From the NCBI GenBank assembly GCA_938002085.1, contig CALLAT010000009.1, forward strand, positions 6,760 through 70,759: DNA of 64,000 nt. Direction: 5' to 3'. This document shows positions 26,959 to 36,027 of this stretch, one piece after another. Within the stretch, counting starts at the first letter, position 1, and each line of letters starts with the position of its first letter. The notes below the pieces were generated by a model. The model saw only the letters and a list, made by a program, of their open reading frames with translations. It searched no databases and was not told the origin of the DNA. The stretch is from an uncultured Pseudanabaenaceae cyanobacterium (GTDB taxonomy: Bacteria; Cyanobacteriota; Cyanobacteriia; PCC-9006; JAAUQQ01). The position numbers and the translations under genes are program-made.

Positions 26959-29334
26959 ATGATTTCCCCTGACCCCGCCAGTCTATATCAAGCCCTCGGG
27001 CGGCTGATTGCAGCGATCGCAGCGACCCGATCTGAAGCTGATATCTATCGGGTCGTGGCTCGGTTTTTGCCTACATTAATTCCCGCCGACCGAGTCAGTG
27101 TTGCGCTGATTCCCCCTGGGAGCTGTGAGTTTGAAATTTTTGCCCTGGAGGGAAGTATTGCCGATCCTCCCCTCGGGACTCGCTTTCCCCTGGACGATAG
27201 CAATAACGTCAGCTTGACTTTAAGGGAAGGTAAGGCCCATCTGGCAGATGTGAAGCAAGTTGAAAAGCTGGGTCCATTGGCAGCTCGGCAGATTCAGCAG
27301 GTAATGAGTGCTCCCTTTTTTCTGGGTGGGCAAGTGCTGGGGTCGGTCAATGTTGCGAGCTGCCATGTGGCAAATTATGGTCCTGCGGAGTTGGAACTTC
27401 TCACCCAAGTTGCTTCTCTCATTGGGACAAACCTGGAGCGTTTGCGCCTGAGCCAGGAGACCCAGAGAGCCATGGCTCGGCAGCGTAGCTATGCCGCTCG
27501 CCTAGAAACGCTCAATGAGATGGGCCGTCAGCTGTCGTCGGCGATGACGGAGCAGGAGGCGTTTAATGTGGTGGCTGAGGCGATCGAAGGGGTACTGGCC
27601 GCAGATCGGGTCAGCTATGTTCTGCCTGAACCCGATGGTGAGTCCTGCAAAATCTGGGCGTTGAGCGGTAATGCTGCGATTCCCAAATCGGCTTGCCTTC
27701 CTTTGAAGGGGTCTTCCATTGGGGCTGTGATCGAGAGTAATCAGGCCATTTTGTTTGAGGACTTGGCGACGTCTCCCTATCCCGAACATGCCAAACTTCA
27801 CGGAGATGGCCTTTGTATGGCTTGCTCGGTTCCCATTCAAACTGGAGGTCAAGCGATCGGGGTCTTGAATGCCGCAGTGGTAAAGCCGTGGGATTCCTTG
27901 GACGAGGCTAGGACGCTTTTGCATGCCCTTGGACGATTTATGGGGACGACCCTAGAGCGCATTCAAGCTCAAAAAGATGTTAGTGCAACTGTAAGACAGC
28001 TAGAGCACCAAGCCTCCCATGATGCTTTGACCGGGCTGCCGAATCGTTTTCGTTTGGGAGAGGCTTTAACAGAAGCGATTGAAGCAGCACAGCTCCAGCA
28101 GCAGTCTTTGGCGATTCTCTTTGTCGACCTAGATCGATTTAAGGAAGTGAATGACGTATTGAGCCACAGTGTGGGCGATGAGCTGCTTTGCGCCGTGGCC
28201 GATCGCATGGTGCAACAACTCGGCCCCTCCGCCCTAGTCTCTCGTATGGGGGGGGATGAATTTGTGGTGCTATTGCCCCAGCATCAGCAAGGGGACGCTT
28301 CTCGGATTGCGACGCGGCTGTTGGAGCATTTGCGGACGCCTTTTCGCGTAGCGGGGCACCAGATTTATGTGGGAGGCAGTATTGGCATTAGCTTGTTCCC
28401 AGAGCATGGTCAAAATGGGACCGATTTGCTAAAGCATGCCGATGTGGCGATGTATGCGGCGAAGCGATCGGGCCGGGATAATTGCCAGGTCTATGATGAG
28501 CAGATGTCTCAGCAACTTGAGGCTCGCTTGTTGCTAGAGCATGATTTGAAGCTTGCCCTGGAGCGGAAGGAATTATTTCTGCTGTTTCAGCCGCAGTATG
28601 AGCTGAGGTCGAATCGGATGGTGGGAATTGAGGCGTTGGTTCGTTGGAGTCATCCCACGCGGGGCATTGTGTCTCCTGGGGTTTTTATTGTGATCGCCGA
28701 GGAGTGTGGCTTCATTGGGGATCTCACGGCTTGGGTACTACGGGAGAGCTTAGTGGCGTTGCGGTCTCTGCGAGAGCTTCATGCTGAACTCTATGTCTCC
28801 GTCAATATTTCGGCTCAGGAATTGCTGACGCCCCTGGTGCTAACTCAGCATATTGAAACTGCCTTGCTCCAAGCGGAGTTGCCGGGTGAAGCCTTGGAGC
28901 TAGAGCTTACGGAGCGGGTGTTCTTGGATTACCCGGAGACGGCTAGCCAGGTGCTAGAGACTTGGAATCAGCAGGGAATTCGCTTGGCGATTGACGATTT
29001 TGGTACGGGCTTCTCGTCGCTGAATTATTTGTTGAATTTGCCGATGGATACTTTGAAAATTGATCGCAGCTTTGTTCAGTCCATCCAGTCCCATGAGCGG
29101 AAGCAGGGGGTGGTGAAAACGATTCTGGCTTTGGGCAAGAGCCTGGGGGCTACCTGTGTGGCAGAGGGGGTGGAGGAGCTGGAGCAGTTGGAGTTTTTGC
29201 GGGAGTTGGGCTGCCAGAAGGTGCAAGGCTTTTTCTTGGCGCGGCCGATGCCGTTGGAGCAATTGGCTCAGTTGCTAGAGCAAGATGTGGCTGATGCATT
29301 GGAGAGCAATGGGCTGAAGCTTCAAGTTGCTTAG
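26959..29334 (+). CDS. GAF-GAF-GGDEF-EAL c-di-GMP signalling protein
   Basis: Two GAF-like regions are followed by a GGDEF domain (HDALTGLPNRFR.., SRMGGDEFVVLL) and an EAL domain (IGIEALVRWSHP.., DDFGTGFSSLNYL, QGFFLARP). The first in-frame ATG is at 26959; the ORF-track start at 26911 is a TTG. Confidence 0.9.
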   Translation: MISPDPASLYQALGRLIAAIAATRSEADIYRVVARFLPTLIPADRVSVALIPPGSCEFEIFALEGSIADPPLGTRFPLDDSNNVSLTLREGKAHLADVKQVEKLGPLAARQIQQVMSAPFFLGGQVLGSVNVASCHVANYGPAELELLTQVASLIGTNLERLRLSQETQRAMARQRSYAARLETLNEMGRQLSSAMTEQEAFNVVAEAIEGVLAADRVSYVLPEPDGESCKIWALSGNAAIPKSACLPLKGSSIGAVIESNQAILFEDLATSPYPEHAKLHGDGLCMACSVPIQTGGQAIGVLNAAVVKPWDSLDEARTLLHALGRFMGTTLERIQAQKDVSATVRQLEHQASHDALTGLPNRFRLGEALTEAIEAAQLQQQSLAILFVDLDRFKEVNDVLSHSVGDELLCAVADRMVQQLGPSALVSRMGGDEFVVLLPQHQQGDASRIATRLLEHLRTPFRVAGHQIYVGGSIGISLFPEHGQNGTDLLKHADVAMYAAKRSGRDNCQVYDEQMSQQLEARLLLEHDLKLALERKELFLLFQPQYELRSNRMVGIEALVRWSHPTRGIVSPGVFIVIAEECGFIGDLTAWVLRESLVALRSLRELHAELYVSVNISAQELLTPLVLTQHIETALLQAELPGEALELELTERVFLDYPETASQVLETWNQQGIRLAIDDFGTGFSSLNYLLNLPMDTLKIDRSFVQSIQSHERKQGVVKTILALGKSLGATCVAEGVEELEQLEFLRELGCQKVQGFFLARPMPLEQLAQLLEQDVADALESNGLKLQVA

Positions 29335-29367
29335 GCTCTACATGGAGCTGAGGGGCAATTAAATCGA

Positions 29368-29405
29368 GAGGGGGCGAGCTTAAAAAAACTAAAGCTCGCC
29401 CCCTC
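29368..29405. terminator. Bidirectional stem-loop terminator between convergent genes
   Basis: gagggggcgagctt (29368..29381) and aagctcgccccctc (29392..29405) form a perfect 14-bp GC-rich stem with an A-rich 10-nt loop. It sits between the stop codons at 29334 (+) and 29431 (-). Confidence 0.75.
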
Positions 29406-29430
29406 CCGGTCGATTACAGCTCAATTGAGC

Positions 29431-29904
29431 TTAAGCCGCCAATGCCTTCTCAATGTCTGCCGTCAGGCTGCCATCCATGGGCGTTACACCACTCTGATAG
29501 CGACCAATCACCTCGCCCGTTTTGCTAATCAAGAACTTCTCAAAATTCCAAGCCACATCTTCACCCTGGGTCAGCTCAGCATAGAGAGGGTGCTGCTCTC
29601 CGCCCTTGGCATGGACCTTGTCAAACAACTGGAAAGTGGTGCTGTAGTTGACATCGCAGAACTCAGCGATCTTCTCATTGCTGTCGGGCTCCTGGGCACC
29701 GTAGTCATTGCAGGGGAACGCCAGCAGCTCAAAGCCTTGACCCTGGTACTTCTTGTACAGCTCTTCCATACCCGCATACTGCTTGGTGTAGCCGCAGTAG
29801 GAGGCCACGTTGACGATCAACAGCACCTTGCCGCTGTATTCGGAGAAAGTCTTGGCATCCCCAGTAATGGTCTTGACGCTGATATCGGAAATGTTGGGAG
29901 CCAT
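29431..29904 (-). CDS. gpx: Glutathione peroxidase-family protein (Cys type)
   Basis: Gpx signatures LLIVNVASYCGYT, LAFPCNDYGAQEP and WNFEKFL. Confidence 0.92.
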   Translation of the reverse strand: MAPNISDISVKTITGDAKTFSEYSGKVLLIVNVASYCGYTKQYAGMEELYKKYQGQGFELLAFPCNDYGAQEPDSNEKIAEFCDVNYSTTFQLFDKVHAKGGEQHPLYAELTQGEDVAWNFEKFLISKTGEVIGRYQSGVTPMDGSLTADIEKALAA

Positions 29905-29969
29905 GGTCGAGTTAAATATGAAGCAATATTACATCTCGATTTTGCCATGGCAGGGCCATCTCTGCCGGA

Positions 29970-30989
29970 TTAGCTTTGTGTTGCCACAACCGGGGTGTCT
30001 CGCTCTGCGGGGAGGACGGCCCGCTTGACCCAAATGCGATCGCAAGTCACTACCAAATCCATCGCAATATAGGGCAGATGCTCCTGCAACTCTCGGTAGA
30101 GCCGCGATCGCAACTCATCCGCCTCAGGCGTGCCAAACTCCTGGGCCTGCTCCGGCGTCAACCGCAGATAAATTTGCACATAGGACAACCGCCCAATATT
30201 CAGCGGACGCAAGTGATACTCCGCATGGGGAACCGTTTCCAGCACCTCATCCACAACGCCCCTTAACTGTTCCTGATCCTCCGCAGCCGGAGCCCGCCCC
30301 GCGAGTTGGAGCCAGTTTTGCCAAATGGTTTGCAGGGGAATCGGCAGGATAAATAGCACCAGCAGGATAACGATGACGGGGTCTGCATAGGGGATAAGGT
30401 GAGACCAGGGCGATCGCTCCAAAAACAGCATCACTCCAAAGGCGACTGCCACTGCGCCACTCACCAGCCCGTCGATTAACCAATTCTTGGCATCCAGATC
30501 CAGCAACTGCGAATGGCACTGCTTGGCAAAGCGAGACTGCATCAGGGCCAGCAGCCCACAGCCCAGGGCCGCTAGGGCTGCATACCAAATGGCAATATCG
30601 GCCTCCACAGAGCGCCCCCCGTGGCGAATCGCATCCACCGAAGAGAACAGGGCACAGATCGCCACAATGGCAATGACAATGCCCTTGCCCAGGTTGAGCA
30701 TGGGCTCCAGGGCCACGTAACCAAAGGGATAGTCCTCATTGCCGGGTTGCTGGATCAGGTGGGAGACCTGGAGGGTAATCAGAGAAATAACGAGGTGAAT
30801 GCCAGAAAAGATGCTGTCGATGAAAATCGCCTCGGAGAGCGTCAGCAGTGCAAAGCCCAGGCCCATTAGGGTAATCAGGAAGTTCCCTAGCAGGGTGAGG
30901 CGTAAGGCCTTTTGCTCCAACAGATCCAGGTCTTGGGGGTCTCGGCTGTTCTGGTTTTGCTGCGGAGTCTGCGGTACAGAGGCGCTCAT
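29970..30989 (-). CDS. Cation diffusion facilitator (CDF) family transporter
   Basis: Six predicted TM helices and a C-terminal cytoplasmic domain. The overall layout and length are CDF-like, with a conserved DxxxD/HxxxD-like region FIDSIFSGIHLVIS. Confidence 0.75.
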   Translation of the reverse strand: MSASVPQTPQQNQNSRDPQDLDLLEQKALRLTLLGNFLITLMGLGFALLTLSEAIFIDSIFSGIHLVISLITLQVSHLIQQPGNEDYPFGYVALEPMLNLGKGIVIAIVAICALFSSVDAIRHGGRSVEADIAIWYAALAALGCGLLALMQSRFAKQCHSQLLDLDAKNWLIDGLVSGAVAVAFGVMLFLERSPWSHLIPYADPVIVILLVLFILPIPLQTIWQNWLQLAGRAPAAEDQEQLRGVVDEVLETVPHAEYHLRPLNIGRLSYVQIYLRLTPEQAQEFGTPEADELRSRLYRELQEHLPYIAMDLVVTCDRIWVKRAVLPAERDTPVVATQS

Positions 30990-31446
30990 GGTGGTTGCAG
31001 CTGGATGTCCCTAGCGATGACAGAGCAAGCATTTGACGGAATTGCTCCATTCCCCATTCTCTGACTTGCTGGGACCCTTGGCGGGTGGGGCCGGGGCAGT
31101 GATAGGAAACGCAGCATTGCTTTACGACTTTGTAAGCCCTTGCTCTCTCTCTGGGTTGCGATACGTGACTGCATATTTGAGCAGGAGCCACCCTAGAGAG
31201 GTGGGAGAGCCATGGATGGGCGGGAGATGAGATTGGCGAGGACTAAATCGGGTTTGGGCATGATGAGGTGTAAAGCTTTTGCTGAGCTTCACTGCTCGCT
31301 GGGCTGACTTTGAGTAAGTTGAAGCATTGGCGATATCCAACCTCTGCTGGCTCGATGACTCTGGAGTCAGCTTGCTGATGGCATCGTTAAGTTGCAGTTT
31401 GCGGCTTCCCTGTGTTCTATTCGTATCCTTGATTCGGGGCAGGTCT

Positions 31447-34400
31447 ATGGCTTCCAGGAAGTATAAAGCTGGGCAATTACAACAATCTGCTGCCCGACGG
31501 GCTTGCCCTTGGCTGGGGACCGGGTTGATGCTGTGGGTTGGCTCGGGCGTTGGTGCCGAGGCCTGGGCCCAGTCCTTGAGTTCGAATATTTTGCCCAGTA
31601 CAGATGGTACGGGGTCGGTTGTCCTGCAAGCGGGCGATCGCTTCGACATCACGGGCGGAAACCTATCTAGCAATGGTCAGAACCTCTTTCACAGCTTTGA
31701 GCGCTTTGGCCTCGACTTGGACCAAACGGCAAACTTTGTCGCCTCCCCGGAGATTCGCAATATCCTCGGACGGGTGACCGGGGGCGAGGCGTCTTATATT
31801 GATGGCCTATTGCAGGTGAGCAATGGCACGGCTAACCTGATGCTGATCAATCCGGCAGGCATTTTGACTGGGGTCAATAGCCGCATTGATGCACCGGGGT
31901 CATTCACCGCAACCACCGCAGATTGGCTGGGCTTCGATGGCCAATGGCTCAATGTTTTGCATGGCAGCGCCTTTAACGCTGGCAATGGTGAGCTGACGGG
32001 CCTGGGCTTTTCTGCCGCTGCACCGGGTGCCATTGTCAATGAAGGTCAGATTCGCGTTGGGACGGGGCAGCGGCTACGACTCGTGGGCGGAACGGTTTTG
32101 AATACGGGGGAGCTGGCTGCTCCCAATGGCGAGATTACGCTGCTGTCGGTGCTGGGCCAGCAATCGGTGGATTTTGGAGTGAATGGCGCGATCGCCTTGG
32201 GCTCATCCCCACCGGGAGAAGCGCCGCTGCTAACGCTTCAGACCGTGCCTGAGTTGTTGGCTGCGAGAGCCCCCAACCAGGCCACTCAGCTTTCGGTGAA
32301 TGCTGGGGGTGAGGTGCAGTTGCTGGGGCAAGTTGTGCCGGTAGAAGCGGGCTTGGCGATCGCCGCTGGACAGCTGGATGTGTCGGCAGAACAAGGGGGA
32401 GTGGTTCAGGTTTTGGGCGATCGCGTGGCACTGCTTTCTGCTGACATTAATGCCACGGGCATTCAAAGTGGCGGCGAGGTGCTGATCGGGGGAGATTACC
32501 AGGGCCAGGGCGCTGTCCCCAATGCTCAACAAACGGTGGTGGATCGTGACTCGACGATTGCTGTGGATGCTTTAGCAACTGGCGATGGTGGACGGGCGAT
32601 TGTTTGGGCCGATGGAACGACGCGATTTACAGGACATATCTCCGCGACAGGGGGAAGCCAACAGGGGGACGGCGGCTTTGTGGAAGTCTCTGGTAAAGGG
32701 CATTTGGCCTTTCGAGGTACGGCGGATGTGACTGCTCTCCAGGGCCTTGCCGGAACGCTGCTGCTGGACCCCGAGCGTATTCAGATTGTGAATGGCAATG
32801 GTGGGAGTAATGACTCAGCGCTTGGCGGTGGCGGCGTTTTCCGTAGCGAAGGCGGAGCGGCCACATTCACCATTTCGGAGACGGCCTTGGAAGCCCTGAG
32901 TGGCAATGTTGTGCTGGAAGCGACCCGAGAAATTGAGATTGAAGACCTGACGACGGATGGTCAACTGAGTTTGCCCAATGTCAGTTCAATCACCTTTGAT
33001 GTGAGCGGTCCGGGGCTGTCCGATTTCACCATGGCAAATCGGGACAACAGGATTATCACCCAGGGGGGGGATGTGGTAATCGATGTTGATACAGAAATTG
33101 CGACAGGCGGGATTATCACGAATGGGGGAGATATCACCTTAAGGGCTGGCTCCGTCATTGATTTAACCGAGAATTTGTCGCTTCAGTCAGGGGGCGGCAA
33201 TATCACTTTGGACGGGGCCGTCCGGGGCAATGCTTTTGATGTGGGCGCGCTCAGCCTCAACGCCGGGATGGGCGATATTTCCATTGATGGCACCATCGGG
33301 AACAGCAGTGGCCCAGAGGCCGTGGCCAATATTACGATGCTGGCCAACAACATTGACCTCGGACGCTTTTTTAATCGCTCCATCAACGGCGAGGGCAGCA
33401 TTTTGATTAATGGCCAAGGGGAGGTTTCGACCGGTCCCAGCCAATCCATTCGCGGAGCCCAGGGGGTTACGGTTCTGGGGGATTCCGTGACCTTAGATCG
33501 GGCTCAGTTGGTTTCGTCGAACCAGAGTATTGTTGTTAGTGCAACTAATGCCCTCGCCCTGCAAGGAGGGGGCTCCACTTTGGCGGGGGCTACGAGCGTT
33601 AGTGTGGAGAGCGCGAGTTTGGAGGGGGCCGGACGGTTTGCTCGTTTGGCTCTGGAAGCTTCAACCCTGTCGGTGGAGGTTAATGGCGATATCGATATGG
33701 CTGGCTTGGCCTTGGAGGGGCAAGATGGAACCGTGCGATCGCTTACGGGCAGTCTCACTGGCGGAGGCGCAACAGTTGCAGCGGCTGAGTTGACCAATGA
33801 CCTGCTGCTAGAAGCTGGGCAAGACATCACCCTGACCGAAAGCGATCTTCGAGTGGGACGAGACTTGACCTTACAAGCCAACGGCTCTGTCACGCTCACC
33901 GATGGAGAAGAGCCCATGGCCCTGGTGGCCGGGCGTGATCTCACGGTGCAGGGCAATAGCGCCACCACGGTCAATGCCTTCCGTAATCCGGCTTCGATTC
34001 TCCAGGCTGGGCGTGACTTGCGGCTGCGGAGTGATGGTCCGATCCAAGTCAATGCGGTCTTGGATAGTGGGGCTAGTGGCAGTGGCAATCTGATTGTGGA
34101 GCGGCTGTCGGATGGTAACCCAGCGGATTTTGATAGCACCACGCCGAGCTTTACGACGCTGCTGCGGGCTAATGGAGATGTGACCTTTGGCGATTACGAA
34201 GGGACCTCGCTCAAAATTGTTGCCACGGGCAATATTGATGGGGGCAATATTGAGATTGTCGGGAGTAACCCTGGCTTAACGGGGGCAGACCCAGAGCTAG
34301 CGGTGTTGCAGAGCCAAGAGGCTTTGATTTTAGAGGCTGGAGTGGATGCGATCGCGGGGACAGCCAACCTACCGCCGGATCAATCCGTCGGTAATACAAC

Positions 34401-36027
34401 TGTTTCCTCTAGCGCGACCCCAGATAGCCTTGGTCGCCTCACCATTGGCGATGTGGTAGGGGTGCAAGGTCCGGTTCGGTTGCAAGCTAAGGGGCCGATT
34501 GTCACTGGCAATATTGATACCCAAACCGATTTTTCCAATCCTGGCCTGAAGAACCCCATTGCCATCACCTCTGCCCAGGGCAGCGTAACCACAGGCGAAC
34601 TCTTTGCTGAAAAAGGCAACATCACGGTAACGGCTGCGGGAGATGTTTTCGTCACAGATCTGAGTAGTGGTGGATTAGATTCCAACTCCAATGGACTCAC
34701 GAGAACGGAGCTGACCTCAACCACCGGGGGCGTGCAGTTTAATACAATTGATGCCGGAGCCGATGGGCTCTACATTACGGCGGCAACCTTTGTGCGAGGT
34801 TTGGGCTCTAGTACTAATGTGGGTTTCAGTAATGTGCTGGTCAATGACCCTGACTTGATTAACTATTTGGTGAGCGAGGGCTTTGATGCCACAGCCTTAG
34901 AAACGGCAACGGCTGCAGATGCTTTTAGAGCGCCTGGTGTGGCGTTGAATCCTGCTACCGCGAAGCCGCGCTTTAGTATTGTGATGCGACCTGCAGGAGC
35001 TAATGCCGATGGGCTGAATGCGCCGGTTGTGATTCAGTATGGCGATCGCACTGAAACCCTGGTTGACCGCAACTACACCATCGATGGGATTCCCTCGCGA
35101 GTCTTGATCGAAGGGGATAGTCAGCAAGCCTTCCGCCTAGGCCCAGCTTTTGATGGGCAGCCTGCCTATGAGCCAGCGAATGCTGCGGATACGCTGGCAG
35201 GCTATGACCCTGTCACCAATAATTTTGACTTTGCTGTGGTGGAAGGACGGGCCTTGAGCTACGGCACGGATGAGTTTCCCACGGAGGCCAGTGGCTTGGC
35301 AGGGGGGATTGTGGTGGGTGAAGGCAGTAACGGTGCCTTTTATGCGTCTTTGCAAGACCAATCCTTTGACCCTACTTCTACAACGGTCGGGACCGGAACT
35401 GGAACCGGAACGGGTACGGGCACGGGTACAGGAACAGGAACAGGCACGGGCACAGGAACAACAACTGGAGTAGGAACGGGGACCGGAACCGGGACAACAA
35501 CGGGAACGGGAACCGGAACAGGTACTGGAGCAGGAACAGGCGCAGGAACAACAACTGGAGCAGGAACGGGGACCGGAACTGGGACAACAACGGGAGCCGG
35601 AACAGGAACAGGAACGGGCACGAATACAGGAACCGGCTCCGGCTCTGGGACCGGGACTGGAACTTCAACTAATCCTGCGATCGCCAGTCGCAGTGCCACG
35701 GCGGCGCAACGGCAAACGGGGCCTCAAGATTCGGTTTGTGAGGACTTAAGCCCAGATTCAGTGGAGGCTGTGGAAGCTCCTGTCGTTTCTGAAGAATTAG
35801 AGAGACCCGCACCTCGGGGTGAAGCCCAAGCCCAGACGAATCAGCCCTGTGGACCGACTGTTGATCGCGCGGCTGAACCGGCCACCTTGTTGCGCAGCAT
35901 CACTGTACCTGTGCTACCTGAGGATGCGGCTATGCCCGAATTCTCTGAGGCGGCTTTGCCGGACGTGAGGGACAGCGAGGCGGAAGGAGAAAGGAATGGT
36001 GAGGTTGAGTTGACCGGAGAATCGTAA
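31447..36027 (+). CDS. TPS-domain (filamentous-haemagglutinin N-terminal) beta-helix exoprotein without a CHAT domain, ~1526 aa
   Basis: The ATG at 31447 gives [26 protein letters not shown] (signal-like). It has a TPS domain, [21 protein letters not shown], a long beta-helical passenger, a Thr-Gly repeat and an acidic tail. The ORF-track start at 31327 adds an implausible 40-aa extension. Confidence 0.9.
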   Translation: MASRKYKAGQLQQSAARRACPWLGTGLMLWVGSGVGAEAWAQSLSSNILPSTDGTGSVVLQAGDRFDITGGNLSSNGQNLFHSFERFGLDLDQTANFVASPEIRNILGRVTGGEASYIDGLLQVSNGTANLMLINPAGILTGVNSRIDAPGSFTATTADWLGFDGQWLNVLHGSAFNAGNGELTGLGFSAAAPGAIVNEGQIRVGTGQRLRLVGGTVLNTGELAAPNGEITLLSVLGQQSVDFGVNGAIALGSSPPGEAPLLTLQTVPELLAARAPNQATQLSVNAGGEVQLLGQVVPVEAGLAIAAGQLDVSAEQGGVVQVLGDRVALLSADINATGIQSGGEVLIGGDYQGQGAVPNAQQTVVDRDSTIAVDALATGDGGRAIVWADGTTRFTGHISATGGSQQGDGGFVEVSGKGHLAFRGTADVTALQGLAGTLLLDPERIQIVNGNGGSNDSALGGGGVFRSEGGAATFTISETALEALSGNVVLEATREIEIEDLTTDGQLSLPNVSSITFDVSGPGLSDFTMANRDNRIITQGGDVVIDVDTEIATGGIITNGGDITLRAGSVIDLTENLSLQSGGGNITLDGAVRGNAFDVGALSLNAGMGDISIDGTIGNSSGPEAVANITMLANNIDLGRFFNRSINGEGSILINGQGEVSTGPSQSIRGAQGVTVLGDSVTLDRAQLVSSNQSIVVSATNALALQGGGSTLAGATSVSVESASLEGAGRFARLALEASTLSVEVNGDIDMAGLALEGQDGTVRSLTGSLTGGGATVAAAELTNDLLLEAGQDITLTESDLRVGRDLTLQANGSVTLTDGEEPMALVAGRDLTVQGNSATTVNAFRNPASILQAGRDLRLRSDGPIQVNAVLDSGASGSGNLIVERLSDGNPADFDSTTPSFTTLLRANGDVTFGDYEGTSLKIVATGNIDGGNIEIVGSNPGLTGADPELAVLQSQEALILEAGVDAIAGTANLPPDQSVGNTTVSSSATPDSLGRLTIGDVVGVQGPVRLQAKGPIVTGNIDTQTDFSNPGLKNPIAITSAQGSVTTGELFAEKGNITVTAAGDVFVTDLSSGGLDSNSNGLTRTELTSTTGGVQFNTIDAGADGLYITAATFVRGLGSSTNVGFSNVLVNDPDLINYLVSEGFDATALETATAADAFRAPGVALNPATAKPRFSIVMRPAGANADGLNAPVVIQYGDRTETLVDRNYTIDGIPSRVLIEGDSQQAFRLGPAFDGQPAYEPANAADTLAGYDPVTNNFDFAVVEGRALSYGTDEFPTEASGLAGGIVVGEGSNGAFYASLQDQSFDPTSTTVGTGTGTGTGTGTGTGTGTGTGTGTTTGVGTGTGTGTTTGTGTGTGTGAGTGAGTTTGAGTGTGTGTTTGAGTGTGTGTNTGTGSGSGTGTGTSTNPAIASRSATAAQRQTGPQDSVCEDLSPDSVEAVEAPVVSEELERPAPRGEAQAQTNQPCGPTVDRAAEPATLLRSITVPVLPEDAAMPEFSEAALPDVRDSEAEGERNGEVELTGES
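31585..31935 (+). other. TPS / haemagglutination-activity secretion domain
   Basis: [78 protein letters not shown]. Confidence 0.85.
35389..35664 (+). repeat. Thr-Gly dipeptide repeat (92 aa) encoded by an imperfect (ACN GGN)n hexanucleotide array
   Basis: [47 protein letters not shown] with a higher-order TTTG(A/V)GTGTGTG periodicity. It is in frame within 31447..36027. Confidence 0.95.

Noticed and set aside
29425-29973. 182-aa + strand ORF overlapping the glutathione peroxidase gene
   Set aside because: It is antisense to a gene with unmistakable Gpx motifs and has no motifs of its own.
31327-31446. Upstream extensions of ORF-track starts (31327, and likewise 25341, 26911, 39580, 55233, 62021, 62886, 63376, 44736, 23326)
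   Set aside because: The extensions begin at non-ATG codons or add sequence with no family resemblance. Internal ATGs give canonical N-termini (signal peptide, REC domain, P-loop, SpoU motif). I used the internal starts, and the exact starts remain unverified.
31122-31673. 183-aa minus-strand ORF spanning the promoter and 5' region of the locus-B TPS gene
   Set aside because: It overlaps the well-supported TPS-domain coding region in antisense. Its composition is odd (P/S/R-rich) and it shows no motif.
35340-35699. Two minus-strand ORFs (35340..35699 and 35378..35668) encoding PV-repeat or LF-rich peptides, and the possibility that the periodic DNA is a CRISPR-like or satellite array
   Set aside because: The periodicity is 6 nt (ACN GGN) and in frame with the 1526-aa TPS protein, giving a Thr-Gly repeat. 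There is no repeat-spacer organisation. The antisense ORFs are mirror artefacts. The same reasoning applies to the (ggttct)n array at 51222..51284.
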